A stretch of 64,000 nt of DNA from Naegleria gruberi (taxonomy: Eukaryota): assembly GCA_000004985.1 (NCBI GenBank), contig GG738871.1; one strand, written 5' to 3'. This document shows positions 21,242-32,466 of this stretch, piece by piece; position 1 is the first letter of the stretch, and each line of letters begins with the position of its first letter. Made by a program: the position numbers and the translations under genes. Under the pieces are notes generated by a model, which was not told the origin of the DNA, did no database searches, and saw nothing but the letters and a program-made list of their open reading frames with translations.

Positions 21242-23644
21242 ATGGTGGTGCTAACAAAACTCAAGCACCCTCGCAGTCAGTTTAAACCTCCACTCAAGGA
21301 CTCCAATAATGGATCATCATCAACTACTTCATCCAAGAGTACTACTACCGACACTACTAGTAAAATAGCTAGTAGTCTAAAACAACAAACTCTCAATTTT
21401 CCAACCAAATCATCATTGGAAAAACAGTCACTCGAGTCTTCCTATGAATCTTCCGAATCATTGTCATCACCTTCATCCTCTGATGAAGAAACTCAAGACA
21501 AGAAATCAATAGTGAATAATGTTAAAAAGAACATTAACTCTACCAAACCACTCTCCACCAGCAACACCACCACTACTTCTGCACCAATACGAAAGCCTTT
21601 CAAAACACCCTTTAAAACACCATTCAAAGATAATGTTAAATCATCATCGTCGAATAGTGTACCCTCTACATCATCAACAAGCAAACCTTCCACCACAAAA
21701 AGTAAGCCTCTCCCACAAAAGAAATCGAATACTCACACGAAAGAGAAATATGATAGCGAGTCTGTTACTAGTTCTGACGAAAGTGATTCTCCATCTGAGG
21801 AAGATGAAGAACAATCATCAGAGGATGAACAGGAAACAAAGAAAAAGCCAATCACTTCCACACCTCAAAAGAAACCTCTCCTTTTGAAAAAAGCCATTTC
21901 TAAAACTGAACCAACACCTAGGACTAATATTGTAAATATGAAATCTTCAAATGAAAAACCTTCTTCTAAGGTTTTTGAAAGTGTTCAACCAACAGAAGTT
22001 GAAAAACCTAACTCACAAGAATGTAAGAAACAGCAAGCATCTGAAAACAAATTGAAAGACAAGAAGGATGAAAATAACAACCATAGTGAGGAGACTCAAT
22101 CTAAAGTTGCATCAGCTCAGTCATCTTCCTTATCACTTTCTTTAGAGAATGAAATGGACAAACAAACTCAAAACAAGACTTCACAAATTTCTGTGGATAA
22201 AACAAAGCATTCAACTGCAGCAGAAGAACCTTTAATTTTGGAAATCTCAGACTCTTCCATGTCCCCGCTATTGAAAGATTCCCCACCAAAGAGCAAAGCA
22301 AAGAAAAAGAAGAATATAACTTTTAAGGCAATAGAATCGCCTCCAACACAAATTGAAATTACGGATAGCATTCTGTATGAGGATATTTTTACTTCAAAGA
22401 AAAATCCTATGGAAGATGAACCAAAGTGGAAACTAAAGAAGAAACAAGAAATAAGGGAAGAACATGTCCCAAGACAAATCAAAATTTCAAAATTTTTCAA
22501 GAAGGAAGCTCATGATGAATCAGAGATGAAACCAATCTCAAGTGTAAATAGATCTGTAAATTTATCAAAAAAGAGAAAGGAAAAATCAACCCCTGTACAA
22601 AACAGCCCAAGCGTAACCACACCTATCTCAACAATCAAGTCACCAGAAATGAAAAAGGTTAAACCCATCTCACAAACGACCTATACTATGAAAACCGATA
22701 CTCCCGAGAAGTTGGACCAACCAACACCAAAACTTTATGCAATGGATATTTCTCCTGTTACATCAATACTATCAATTCTTGATAGTCAAGATAGTCAATG
22801 CTCACCTCCAGTGATATTGTCCAAACCAAAACAGGAAATAATCGAAGAGGAAGAGGTGGACGAGGCAAGTAGAGAGTCCTTATTACCGTGGTCTCAATCA
22901 TCACAAATTGAGGATAGTCAAATGATTACATTCTCCCCTGTTTATAATTTGAAATCAGATGAGACACAAATAGATGAAGATACTCGAGCACAAAAGAAAT
23001 CCTCAATGTCTCTTTCACCGCTAATTGACATTATTGGGTCAAATAACTCACAACAGGTAATAGTGTTGGACTTTGATGAAACACAAATACCTGATACACC
23101 AACACACAAAATTAACATACCTTACTTGGATGATGTAAAAATGAAAGAAGAAGGTGAGGAATTTGATGAGGAGAGTACCTCTATTGACTTCTCAGAAAAG
23201 GTTTCCATCACACCCCCACTCACTAACACTTCCAAAAAGGATTATCACGTTGGGTTTTTAACTTTACCTTATAGTATTGATTTAGGTGCAACTATTCATG
23301 ATACTGAACTACCAACTGTCAATATATTTCCATCAGATAATCACATAACAAACCCATCCACTTTGCAACAGCAATGGAATGTCCAACCTAAAAAGCCAAT
23401 CAAGGCAAAGGCATTTGGAAGAAGACAGAAAGTTTCATTTAGACCAGTTTTCAAAGAACCAATCGTTGACGAGGATGTGAAACCAAAGCAAAAAGTTGAC
23501 GAATCTGTAATGAATATCATTGCATCACATATTGAATCACAAAACCAACCAAGGAGCGATTCATCTAATTCACTAAGTGATTTGAATAACAATGATGTTT
23601 TGAGAACACCACCCTCATTTAGCTCACCCGAGTTGTCACTGTAA
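21242..23644 (+). CDS. Ser/Thr/Lys-rich low-complexity protein, 800 aa, hypothetical.
   Basis: Long uninterrupted ORF with KPFKTPFKTPFKD repeats and acidic Ser clusters. Real ATG after an A-run. Confidence 0.5.
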   Translation: MVVLTKLKHPRSQFKPPLKDSNNGSSSTTSSKSTTTDTTSKIASSLKQQTLNFPTKSSLEKQSLESSYESSESLSSPSSSDEETQDKKSIVNNVKKNINSTKPLSTSNTTTTSAPIRKPFKTPFKTPFKDNVKSSSSNSVPSTSSTSKPSTTKSKPLPQKKSNTHTKEKYDSESVTSSDESDSPSEEDEEQSSEDEQETKKKPITSTPQKKPLLLKKAISKTEPTPRTNIVNMKSSNEKPSSKVFESVQPTEVEKPNSQECKKQQASENKLKDKKDENNNHSEETQSKVASAQSSSLSLSLENEMDKQTQNKTSQISVDKTKHSTAAEEPLILEISDSSMSPLLKDSPPKSKAKKKKNITFKAIESPPTQIEITDSILYEDIFTSKKNPMEDEPKWKLKKKQEIREEHVPRQIKISKFFKKEAHDESEMKPISSVNRSVNLSKKRKEKSTPVQNSPSVTTPISTIKSPEMKKVKPISQTTYTMKTDTPEKLDQPTPKLYAMDISPVTSILSILDSQDSQCSPPVILSKPKQEIIEEEEVDEASRESLLPWSQSSQIEDSQMITFSPVYNLKSDETQIDEDTRAQKKSSMSLSPLIDIIGSNNSQQVIVLDFDETQIPDTPTHKINIPYLDDVKMKEEGEEFDEESTSIDFSEKVSITPPLTNTSKKDYHVGFLTLPYSIDLGATIHDTELPTVNIFPSDNHITNPSTLQQQWNVQPKKPIKAKAFGRRQKVSFRPVFKEPIVDEDVKPKQKVDESVMNIIASHIESQNQPRSDSSNSLSDLNNNDVLRTPPSFSSPELSL

Positions 23645-23737
23645 TTTATTTACAAATTGGGAGTTTCTTTTTACATACATGAATATCATTTAGGTAAATT
23701 TCCATTTCAAACAAATTAAAGCCAACAACTCAAAAAA

Positions 23738-24016
23738 ATGAAAAGCCTCCATTTCGTACTGTTTTTCCTTCTTTTATTTTGTATTCTCTTGCTTCTAGAT
23801 AAAACAACTTGTGAGAAATGTTCTGGTGCAAGATTGAACAGATTTGCCAATAAAGATTGGGTACAATTATTAAGAACAGAAGGAAAAGCCCTTCCAACTA
23901 AACCAAAAAGACCCGTTGACATTAATGATGCTCCCCTAAATCTGAAAGACACTGGTGGTTTTGTACTGCAAAGGATTTGCAAACTTCCACAACAAGCTTA
24001 TTTTCCCTTTCAATAA
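23738..24016 (+). CDS. Small putative secreted protein, 92 aa.
   Basis: Leader caaaaaaaATG. N-terminal hydrophobic signal LHFVLFFLLLFCILLLL. It competes with the antisense minus-strand ORFs 23716..23982 and 23936..24148. Confidence 0.3.
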   Translation: MKSLHFVLFFLLLFCILLLLDKTTCEKCSGARLNRFANKDWVQLLRTEGKALPTKPKRPVDINDAPLNLKDTGGFVLQRICKLPQQAYFPFQ

Positions 24017-24305
24017 TTCCTTATAAAATTCTTCTTTCTTGAAATCTTCCAATTCAAAGACCAGTTTTTTTGAACCTTCTTTGAAATTATCGAATTTATC
24101 CTCTTCTTTCCCTTCACTACCGGAAGAGATTGTCCATAGTACCATCAAATATAATTAAGCGCGTTCCTGTAAAATCCTCTTCTCAACAGATAACAAATTA
24201 TTAAGGAACAATTTGCAATACATACAGATAGAGATTCACTACAGTGTGCATTGTTTAAATACTGGAGAAACAGCTCTTATCACATTCTCCACAATCAAAA
24301 ACAAA

Positions 24306-25865
24306 ATGCTCCAAAGCAAACATAGAATCTCACGCAATTTGTGTGCTTTCCTTCTTATTATACTAGGTCTCATCTGCACAACTCTTGTGATGGGTGCTAC
24401 AGAACACACAAGCCATGGTAAAGATCCACTCCCAAATCATGACTCTAACGATTACAAGTATGAACACTCAAGTGGTTACGTGCTTGTTGATAGTGTTGCT
24501 CAAAAACATTACTGGTATTATTTCCAACAGGCTGCCACAAACCCAACCTCAAAGCCTCTCATCTTGTTCTTGAATGGTGGTCCAGGTTGTTCCTCAATGG
24601 AATATTTTGGTAGTGGTATCGGTAATGCTAACGTTAGTGTTGATGGAAAGGTAACTTTGGAAGATAACTATTACTCTTGGAATCAATTTGCTAACATTAT
24701 CTATTTGGATGCTCCAGCTGGAGTTGGTTACAGTTATGGTAATACTAGTTTTTATGCTGTTAACTCTGACGATCAAACTGCTCAAGAATCAAGAACTTTC
24801 CTCGTTGAATTCCTTACTCATTATTCTCAATTCAGAAACAGTGATTTGTATATTTCTGGTGCTAGTTATGGTGGTAAATATGTTCCAAACTTGGCCAAGT
24901 TGATTTTGGAAGAAAATGTTAAGGGACAATTCGTTATCAATTTGAAGGGTATCACTCTTGGTAACCCATTGATTCACTGGCAACAATCTGCAATTAGTTC
25001 AACTAATCATTATGTTTCTCTTGGTATGGCTTCTAAGGTTGCTGCTGATGAAGTTGCAACTGTTTGTGGATGGAATGATCCTGATAATTGGCTCTTCACT
25101 GCCTACGGTACTAACAATCAAGAATGTCAAGACAAGTTCAAAGATCTTTATGAAAAAGCCATTAGAGGAATTAATGTTTTCAATCTCTTTAAGGATTCAT
25201 GCAATACAACCACTAACTTGAACTCTGACGCATGTCACGGAGAACATTTGAAGAGATATATGAATTTGGACTCTGTTCAAACATTCTTCAAGGTTAGAAG
25301 TAAGGTTGCATGGGATGCATGTTATCCAGAAAATGGATTTGTCTATGGTACTGACCAATTTGTTAGTGGTCTTCCAACTCTCCAATATCTTTTAGATAAG
25401 AAGAATCTCAAGATTTTGATTTACACTGGTGACATGGATGGATCAACTCCAGTTAGATCATTCTATGATGTTATTGCCAAGGCTACAGGTCTTAAAGTTC
25501 AACAAAATCTCACTTCTTGGTCAGTTGACTCACAAATTGCTGGTAGAAAGACTGTCTACAGTAATGGATTGACCTATGCTACTGTCAGAGGTGCTGGTCA
25601 TATTGCTCCACTCGATCAACCAGCCAGAGTTTATGCTTTGGTTTCAAACTTTATTCAAAATGGTGTCATTCCTGACTCTATTACTCTTCCAGAACTTCCA
25701 GAACCAGATCAAATCAATACTCCAGAAGTCATTGCTCTCAAGACTCTCTCAATTTTGTTCATTATTTTGACATTTATCTTGACCATTGTTGTCATTGTTT
25801 TGGCTGTCTGTTTGGGCGTCCAATGTTCTAAGGTTAGAAAATCTTCTAACACCACTATGGCTTAA
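24306..25865 (+). CDS. Serine carboxypeptidase, family S10, with a C-terminal TM anchor.
   Basis: Motifs LFLNGGPGCSS, catalytic GASYGG Ser, GDMDGSTP Asp and RGAGHIAPLDQP His. C-terminal hydrophobic helix. Start moved to the first ATG; the ORF-track start at 24213 is TTG. Confidence 0.85.
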   Translation: MLQSKHRISRNLCAFLLIILGLICTTLVMGATEHTSHGKDPLPNHDSNDYKYEHSSGYVLVDSVAQKHYWYYFQQAATNPTSKPLILFLNGGPGCSSMEYFGSGIGNANVSVDGKVTLEDNYYSWNQFANIIYLDAPAGVGYSYGNTSFYAVNSDDQTAQESRTFLVEFLTHYSQFRNSDLYISGASYGGKYVPNLAKLILEENVKGQFVINLKGITLGNPLIHWQQSAISSTNHYVSLGMASKVAADEVATVCGWNDPDNWLFTAYGTNNQECQDKFKDLYEKAIRGINVFNLFKDSCNTTTNLNSDACHGEHLKRYMNLDSVQTFFKVRSKVAWDACYPENGFVYGTDQFVSGLPTLQYLLDKKNLKILIYTGDMDGSTPVRSFYDVIAKATGLKVQQNLTSWSVDSQIAGRKTVYSNGLTYATVRGAGHIAPLDQPARVYALVSNFIQNGVIPDSITLPELPEPDQINTPEVIALKTLSILFIILTFILTIVVIVLAVCLGVQCSKVRKSSNTTMA

Positions 25866-26050
25866 AAATTTTGTTCTCTTTTTTAAGCTACTACTTACTG
25901 TACATTCAAATTTTCATCAACAATAAACTAAAATTTAAAAATTCATTTCAATTAAAATAATGTTTATTTGAACTTGTGCAATTTTGAAAGTACACAATTA
26001 CGCTCAAATCCTAATTGCTTAAAATAGACTTTAGGAAACAATAGAAAAAA

Positions 26051-28273
26051 ATGGAAGAAGGAACACAGGAGTCACAGCACTCACTTTTTGATGGTCTTGA
26101 TGAAGTAGAAAATGGTTTGGTTCATGTTGATGTAGCACTCTCGGGGACTACAGCTAGAAGAGGATCAACAAAATCAACAAGACAAAGGAAAACTAGTAAA
26201 GCAAGCGATTTGATGGTAAACATTCCGGAGAGGGAAAGATCAAATTCTCAAGTTTCGGATGATGGTGATTCACAAGATGAGGATGATGAGGAGTTGAATA
26301 TAGAATCTTCCAAGTTGCCAGATCATGATTTTAAAGCAGAATTGAAAAGCTTGATTTCAGAGGCAATCATGCAAAATGAAGATTCTTCTTTGGAAGAAAT
26401 ACAAAGTGAAAGTGTAGAATCTTACAATGAGAAAAAGTTGACTAGATTTGCTACTTCACAAATTGAATATGCTGAATTATTTGAAGCTGACAGAAAGAAG
26501 GGAGATTTAATTTATGATTCTCTCTTTTATCCTCATCATGTCAGAAGTAACTTGTTAATTCAAAAGAGAAAGAAAAAGTCATCCAATCAAAATCCTCTCA
26601 GCTCTCCTCACGGTGTTCCTGATTTAAATCTGAATGTAGAGGATAGTGAATTGACCATTTATCACTTGTATTATATGATGTCTATTATCAAGTCTAGACA
26701 AGAGATTCAATTGAAGCAATATCTTAAAGGTGATACAAAATTATCTGTCACTGCTTCCACTGAACATGAATATCCAATTTTTACAGACGATTCTATAGAA
26801 ATTCATGTAAATGATCTTGGAGTTTCCGTTGATACCCTATGTTATTGCTTGGAAAGTAATAGATATTTGGATGAATCCGAAGAAGGAAAAGTGATGAAAT
26901 CCATGAACAATACCTTCTCTCAAATTGTAATTACTAAGAAAAAGCTAGTTGCCTATTTATCTCTCTACCCTGAATTCTTTACCATTCAAAAACCTAGAAA
27001 GAATCTTGATTTAGTATCACTCAATTATTTATGTTTCGGAGTAGAGAATAACCAAACTAGAGAATTAATCAAGTTTAAAGTCAATGGATCCAATATTGAA
27101 ATTGTAAACATTGAAGATAATAATATTTTGTTATCAATTGCATACAGAAACCTTCCTGAAAAAATTACTCTAGATGCAAATAATGAAGAACATATCAAAT
27201 CATTGCTCAACATTATCACTGACTCATTTCCAAAAGGCAAATCCTCTTTCAAGATTAGCGTTTTGAAGCGAATACTATTCAGCAAGTATGATTTTAAACC
27301 ATACAATATCGTCCCATTCATGCATTGTTTCCCACAATTCTTTGAATTGAATAAGAAGGGTGTTAAGGTTAAAAGATTGTATCCTACTGTCATGGATTAC
27401 AAACCAAAGGTTGAGAATGTCATGTTCTTAAACAAATCCAACTCAAAAGCTGAATCAAAGCCTGTTGAGGGAATGGCTATGTTTGAACTTCCAAAAACTG
27501 ATTATTCCATAATATTTACTACTGAGGAGAAGGTTGTTGATCAATGGATTCAAGAAAATGTATTTAATCATTTTGGAGAATCAAATGATCAAAAGGTTGT
27601 TGTTGGTATGGACACTGAATTCGACTTTTTCAAGTTGAACAAGAACTATCAACTCAATCCAGTACTCCATGAAAAGTTGTGGAAAATTTTCAAAAAGCAA
27701 CAACAGTTCACAACTACTACTTCCATATCTGTCTATGATGAAAAAGAATATTCAAACTTGAAGCAATTGTACTTTAAGGAATATGAACAGACAGTCTTCC
27801 CAGATCTTATCCAATTATCAACTGGTAAATCATGTCTCTTGTATGGAACAAGCGAAGGAAAGGCTAAACCATCAAACCTGTTCGTTGAATTAATGTATGA
27901 CAAACGCGTTATCAAAACTTGGTGTTCTATGCATGAAGACGTCAAATTAATATCCCTTTGGATTAAACACTACAACATGATTTTAGAAAATAGAGAATTT
28001 GAAGGCCTTATTGAACTTGACCCTAGCCAACTTGGTGCTTCAACTCTATGCGAACAACTATTATCCTTAAAAATGGCAAAGGAAAGAACTGTTCAAGTTT
28101 CAAGATGGTCAAGATTTGGGTTATCAAAAATTCAAACCAAATATTCTGCACAAGACAGTTACCTAAACTATCTTCTTTATAATATTGTTTCAGAGAATAA
28201 GGAAGATTTAACCCAAGTCGAAGAACATGAGTCCATCTCATTTTCTTTGTTTGATCCAAGTATGAGTATTTAA
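26051..28273 (+). CDS. Protein with a C-terminal DEDD-type 3-prime-5-prime exonuclease domain (Mut-7/WRN-exo-like) and a large unassigned N-terminal region.
   Basis: VVVGMDTEF (Exo I-like), ...CSMHEDVKLI (Exo II-like) and KYSAQDSYLNYLLY (Exo III YxxxD-like). N-terminal 480 aa unassigned. Confidence 0.55.
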   Translation: MEEGTQESQHSLFDGLDEVENGLVHVDVALSGTTARRGSTKSTRQRKTSKASDLMVNIPERERSNSQVSDDGDSQDEDDEELNIESSKLPDHDFKAELKSLISEAIMQNEDSSLEEIQSESVESYNEKKLTRFATSQIEYAELFEADRKKGDLIYDSLFYPHHVRSNLLIQKRKKKSSNQNPLSSPHGVPDLNLNVEDSELTIYHLYYMMSIIKSRQEIQLKQYLKGDTKLSVTASTEHEYPIFTDDSIEIHVNDLGVSVDTLCYCLESNRYLDESEEGKVMKSMNNTFSQIVITKKKLVAYLSLYPEFFTIQKPRKNLDLVSLNYLCFGVENNQTRELIKFKVNGSNIEIVNIEDNNILLSIAYRNLPEKITLDANNEEHIKSLLNIITDSFPKGKSSFKISVLKRILFSKYDFKPYNIVPFMHCFPQFFELNKKGVKVKRLYPTVMDYKPKVENVMFLNKSNSKAESKPVEGMAMFELPKTDYSIIFTTEEKVVDQWIQENVFNHFGESNDQKVVVGMDTEFDFFKLNKNYQLNPVLHEKLWKIFKKQQQFTTTTSISVYDEKEYSNLKQLYFKEYEQTVFPDLIQLSTGKSCLLYGTSEGKAKPSNLFVELMYDKRVIKTWCSMHEDVKLISLWIKHYNMILENREFEGLIELDPSQLGASTLCEQLLSLKMAKERTVQVSRWSRFGLSKIQTKYSAQDSYLNYLLYNIVSENKEDLTQVEEHESISFSLFDPSMSI

Positions 28274-28360
28274 TTCAACATTTACAATGTGTAAAGTTTG
28301 AGAACATAATTTATTAAGCCATAAAATTTTCTTTTACAATCATAATTGGTTCAAATAAGA

Positions 28361-29758
28361 TTATTTTCTCATCTTTTTTCTCATTTCTCTCTGCTTACGT
28401 CTTCTTCTTTCTTCCTCTTCTTCTTTACGATCTTCAATATCTGCAACTCTACTGGCATACTCTTCTTCCTCCTCAATTTCATCAAATCTTGCGTCCATAT
28501 CAGCATCATCAAAGTCATCATATGATCTCAAGTGCCATTGCTGACCTGGTTTTCTAAACATTGCAGCAATAGATCCAGGCCTGTAATCATCGTAGCCACC
28601 TCTTGGAGCATATGGGTTTGGTGGTGGCACATATCTTGGTGTATCGTCATCATATTCATCATCACTGTATTCATATTCATCTTCTTCATCATCATCCTCG
28701 TCGTCATCATCAATTTCCTCAATCTTTCTTTTAGAAGCAGGAGGTCTCATATTCGAAACTGGCTTACCTGCACCATTTCTAGGATTATTACTCATTGTTG
28801 ATGAGCGTGGTGGAACCATAGCATTTCTGGAAGTTGCTGGTGGAGGACCCCTCATTTGATTTGGTCTGGTTGGTGGAGCTGCCTTCTGTGGAGGTGGCTT
28901 CATTGGAGGATGTTTTTGGGATGAACGTTGTTGAGTTACTGATCGACTTGGTGCTTGTTGTTTTGAAGTGGTTGTTGCTGATGATTTTTGGCTACTAGTT
29001 GCTGAAGATTTGCTTACTGAACTTGATTTTGGTTTAGCTGTTGTGGTAGTACTTGAAGTTTTTGAAGTGGTTGTAGTTGATTTTGCAATTTTTGGAAGAG
29101 TTTGAGATGGTGGAGTTGCTTTTGGTTTTGCAGAGGTTGATGATGCTTTAGCACTGCTATTGCTTGAAGATTTAGAAGTACCATTACTACCATTACTACT
29201 ACCACTACTAGTAGCAGAAGATGATGATCCATTTTTCCTCATTGATGGCAGATCGTCATATCTCGGAAGTGGAGGATTGTTATGTACATTAGATTTTGAA
29301 GTTTTTGATGTTTTTGTTAAATTTCTACTACTTCCTGTATCTGCAACATCTCCAACACGTTTTCCACCATTTGCTTCGGCTTTTTTCTTTTCATTCTCTG
29401 CCTTTGTTTGTCTTCTTTTTTCCTCGGATTTTAATTTACGTTGTTCCTCAACATATGAAGCTTGTAAATGTGGTGGGACAATTACTTCTTCATAAATCAT
29501 GTGTTTTGCAATTGCTTCAGGATCAAATCGAGGAGGTTTTGTTTCTCGTTTTTGTGATGTTGGTGGTGGCTTTGGTGGATTTTCTCTCTGCATTTTCATT
29601 TCCAAATAATTAGCACTTGTTATTTTAGGTACTGCTTTAGAATTTTGTTCATGTAACATTTTTAGATACTCCATGCTGGCACTGAGTGATTTTCCAATAC
29701 CATCCTCTTCTTCCACAGTGTTTCGGGATGGATGATCATCACGATGATAGGGACACAT
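28361..29758 (-). CDS. Hypothetical low-complexity protein, 465 aa, S/T/P-rich with a charged C-terminus.
   Basis: Long ORF with a real ATG and no recognisable domain. It shares an upstream region with Aurora kinase and is transcribed in the opposite direction. Confidence 0.5.
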   Translation of the reverse strand: MCPYHRDDHPSRNTVEEEDGIGKSLSASMEYLKMLHEQNSKAVPKITSANYLEMKMQRENPPKPPPTSQKRETKPPRFDPEAIAKHMIYEEVIVPPHLQASYVEEQRKLKSEEKRRQTKAENEKKKAEANGGKRVGDVADTGSSRNLTKTSKTSKSNVHNNPPLPRYDDLPSMRKNGSSSSATSSGSSNGSNGTSKSSSNSSAKASSTSAKPKATPPSQTLPKIAKSTTTTSKTSSTTTTAKPKSSSVSKSSATSSQKSSATTTSKQQAPSRSVTQQRSSQKHPPMKPPPQKAAPPTRPNQMRGPPPATSRNAMVPPRSSTMSNNPRNGAGKPVSNMRPPASKRKIEEIDDDDEDDDEEDEYEYSDDEYDDDTPRYVPPPNPYAPRGGYDDYRPGSIAAMFRKPGQQWHLRSYDDFDDADMDARFDEIEEEEEYASRVADIEDRKEEEEERRRRKQREMRKKMRK

Positions 29759-29966
29759 TTTTTTGTGTATGGATTGTGATGGAAATTTTAAAAATAAATA
29801 ATGTTCATCCTTTTACTTTTTACAATTCCTTTACATGGAGGAACATTCATAAATATTCGTCAAGTAGCAGTCCATACATTTGGATATTATGTGAAGATTT
29901 TAATGAAAATTTTATATTGCCTTGTTTTTTTCATCCAATTTTTGTACAAAAATTTATGATTTTTTT

Positions 29967-29979
29967 TTTGGCGCCAAAA
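29967..29979. promoter_or_regulatory. Palindromic E2F-like site TTTGGCGCCAAAA, 43 nt upstream of the Aurora kinase ATG.
   Basis: It matches the E2F consensus TTTSSCGC on both strands. It lies in AT-rich intergenic DNA between two genes transcribed in opposite directions. Confidence 0.4.
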
Positions 29980-30021
29980 TAAACCGTTTCACAACATTTA
30001 TAACACAACAAAAAAAAACAA

Positions 30022-31125
30022 ATGCTCACCAACAATGGATTTGCTTCAATGTCTGCTCCTAACATCAAGGCAGCCACAAATAATGGTGCCACGATAATGA
30101 TGAATGATCACAACAACAAGGAAAATCCACGATCACATCCTAATATACAGCATAATAATGGCTTTGCTGTTCCTCCAAAAAAGACAAACTCTACACTCAC
30201 CACAACAGCAAGACCATCATCAGTTAATAGCAAAGCCACAACCTCAAAAGTAAATAATAGTATAGTAGAAAAGGTTAACAACTCAGAGGATGAAGTTGTT
30301 TATCCTGATCATCCTAGAAACGATTGGACTATTAATGATTTTGAAATTGGTAAACCTTTAGGTACCGGAAAGTTTGGTAGAGTTTATTTAGCCAGAGAGA
30401 AGAAATCTAAATTCATTGTTGCTCTCAAATTACTTGATAAGAAACAATTGGAGAAGGAAAAAGTGGCTCACCAACTCAGAAGAGAAATTGAAATTCAATC
30501 ACATTTGAGACATAAGAATATTCTTCGTCTGTATGGCTATTTCTATGATGAAAAGAAAGTTTATCTGATATTGGAATATGCTCCAGGTGGAGAAATGTAT
30601 CACTTCCTTCAGAAATGTACTAGATTTTCAGAAGAACAAACTTCCAAATTCATGTATCAAATGGCCAGAGCTTTGAAATATTGTTCTGCAAAACATGTTA
30701 TCCATCGTGATATCAAACCAGAAAATCTCTTATTGGATGGCAATGGTGAATTGAAGATTGCAGATTTTGGTTGGGCTGTTCATGCTCCAACAAGTAGAAG
30801 AAAGACACTTTGTGGTACATTGGACTATTTACCTCCAGAAATGATTGAGAAGAAAGCTCACAATGCAACTGTAGATTTGTGGTGTATTGGAGTTCTGTGT
30901 TATGAATTTTTAACAGGAAATCCACCATTCTTTGCACAAGATGATAAGTCAACCATGAGAAATATTGTTGCTGTAAGATATTCCTTCCCTGAATACGTAG
31001 GAGATGAGGCAAAAGATTTAGTAAGAAAACTTCTTGTTAAGGAGCCATCCAATCGTATCACACTTGAACAAGTTCTCAAACATCCTTTCATTATTACATA
31101 CAATAAGAATAAGGACGAAATGTAA
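30022..31125 (+). CDS. aurK: Aurora kinase.
   Basis: Motifs [18 protein letters not shown]...[39 protein letters not shown] and the PPF motif; single exon. Confidence 0.9.
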   Translation: MLTNNGFASMSAPNIKAATNNGATIMMNDHNNKENPRSHPNIQHNNGFAVPPKKTNSTLTTTARPSSVNSKATTSKVNNSIVEKVNNSEDEVVYPDHPRNDWTINDFEIGKPLGTGKFGRVYLAREKKSKFIVALKLLDKKQLEKEKVAHQLRREIEIQSHLRHKNILRLYGYFYDEKKVYLILEYAPGGEMYHFLQKCTRFSEEQTSKFMYQMARALKYCSAKHVIHRDIKPENLLLDGNGELKIADFGWAVHAPTSRRKTLCGTLDYLPPEMIEKKAHNATVDLWCIGVLCYEFLTGNPPFFAQDDKSTMRNIVAVRYSFPEYVGDEAKDLVRKLLVKEPSNRITLEQVLKHPFIITYNKNKDEM

Positions 31126-31160
31126 ATGATTAAATTAATTTTTTGTATATTTATTTTAAA

Positions 31161-32071
31161 TTAGTTGTGCTTCTTTTCATCAAAAACGTCAATATCGGTA
31201 AGGTGTGGTGCTGTCTTCAACTTCATAAGGGCAACAACAGAGACGACGAGCCAGAAAACGAGGAAAAGACCAATTACAGTAGCAACAGCAATTTCAGAAT
31301 CAATGTACATGGTGTTGAGGGTACCATTGTAAACACTTGTCATATTGTAGACTTCAACAGTAGCATAAACACTGTAATCATGTTGAGCATCACTAGTAGA
31401 AAGAATGTGACGAGAATTCAAACTAGAAACAGTTGGCTTTTGAGCAGAGAAGAGAGCAACATAGTCACCTTCAGTCAACTTGTCCAAATCAGCAACAACG
31501 TTTTGAATGACAGTATCATACTTAGCCAAAAGGTCTCTAACCTTAGCATCACTACGATGAACATCAGCAAAAACGAAAAGATACTTTCCACCCTTCTTAA
31601 GATAATTTTCTGGGGAAGCAAGGAAATCCTTCAAAGCAACACTACCAGCAACATTGCTATCAGAAATAGTGAAAGTAAATTCGGATGGCAAGACTGATTT
31701 AACTTCTTCTTCAGAAATGTTAGGGAATGAAGCACTTGGACCCTTCATGGCCTTCTTCAAGAAAGCAAAAGCGTTATTTTCGTCTGGTTTGATAGAAAAA
31801 GCTCCAGAGTTTTCCAAAAATTCATCAGAACCGAGCTATTATTATTGTTGTTGTTGTTCGTTGAATCCGCAAATTATTATTCACTTACTTGATGATGCAA
31901 AAAGACTGCAACTGTGTTGGTTGAGGATAATGTGTCTTTCAATGAAGTAAATTTCGACATTTTAATGTCTCTCTTTCCGCTCCACACTAAAGCAGGTACA
32001 CTTTCCAAAGCATTGGCAAAAGCGATCACGACAGCCACTAATAAAAGGGCTACAATGGTGCTGGTCTTCAT
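31161..32071 (-). CDS. Type I membrane protein with a signal peptide and a C-terminal TM; possibly like V-ATPase accessory subunit S1 (Ac45). Two exons, 32071..31889 and 31835..31161, in minus-strand order.
   Basis: Exon 1 encodes the signal peptide MKTSTIVALLLVAVVIAFA and ends ...HHQ at a GTAAGT donor. A 53-nt intron joins it to ...LGSDEFLENSGAF.... The C-terminal TM and tail LMKLKTAPHLTD weakly resemble the Ac45 C-terminus. Confidence 0.5.
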
Positions 32072-32466
32072 TTTTTATTTAAATTTTTTATTCATTTTTC
32101 TAAAATATTTTTTGGATAAACAAACGAATATGGACCGGAAGTCTTCATCTCCGGAGTCATGGAAAACAATTAGACAATGCTATTATTATTGTTTAAATGA
32201 GTAGCTTTAATGGAGAAAATAATATCTTCTACAGTTTCTTCTATTAAGTGTTAGATAATAAATTTACAGCACGAATTAAATGATGACGATTGATTGACTA
32301 CTGTGTTGAATACATTTAAAAATTAAATTTTAATTAGGTTTGTATTTGGATAATATTCAAATTATTAATAGTGTGTTGAATCGTCAAGTCATGTTGGTTC
32401 GGATTGAAGAAGAGAAAAAAGCTTATTGCTCCACATTCCATCAACAAGTTTTAATCACATAAAAAA

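Noticed and set aside
23716-24148. Minus-strand ORFs 23716..23982 and 23936..24148.
   Set aside because: They compete with the plus-strand signal-peptide ORF 23738..24016 and none has homology support. I kept only the plus ORF, at low confidence. The real gene, if any, could be the charged minus ORF 23936..24148.
31143-31697. Plus-strand 184-aa ORF overlapping the 31161..32071 minus gene.
   Set aside because: It is antisense to a gene with a signal peptide, an in-phase intron and a TM domain. The translation is N/S/I-rich noise.
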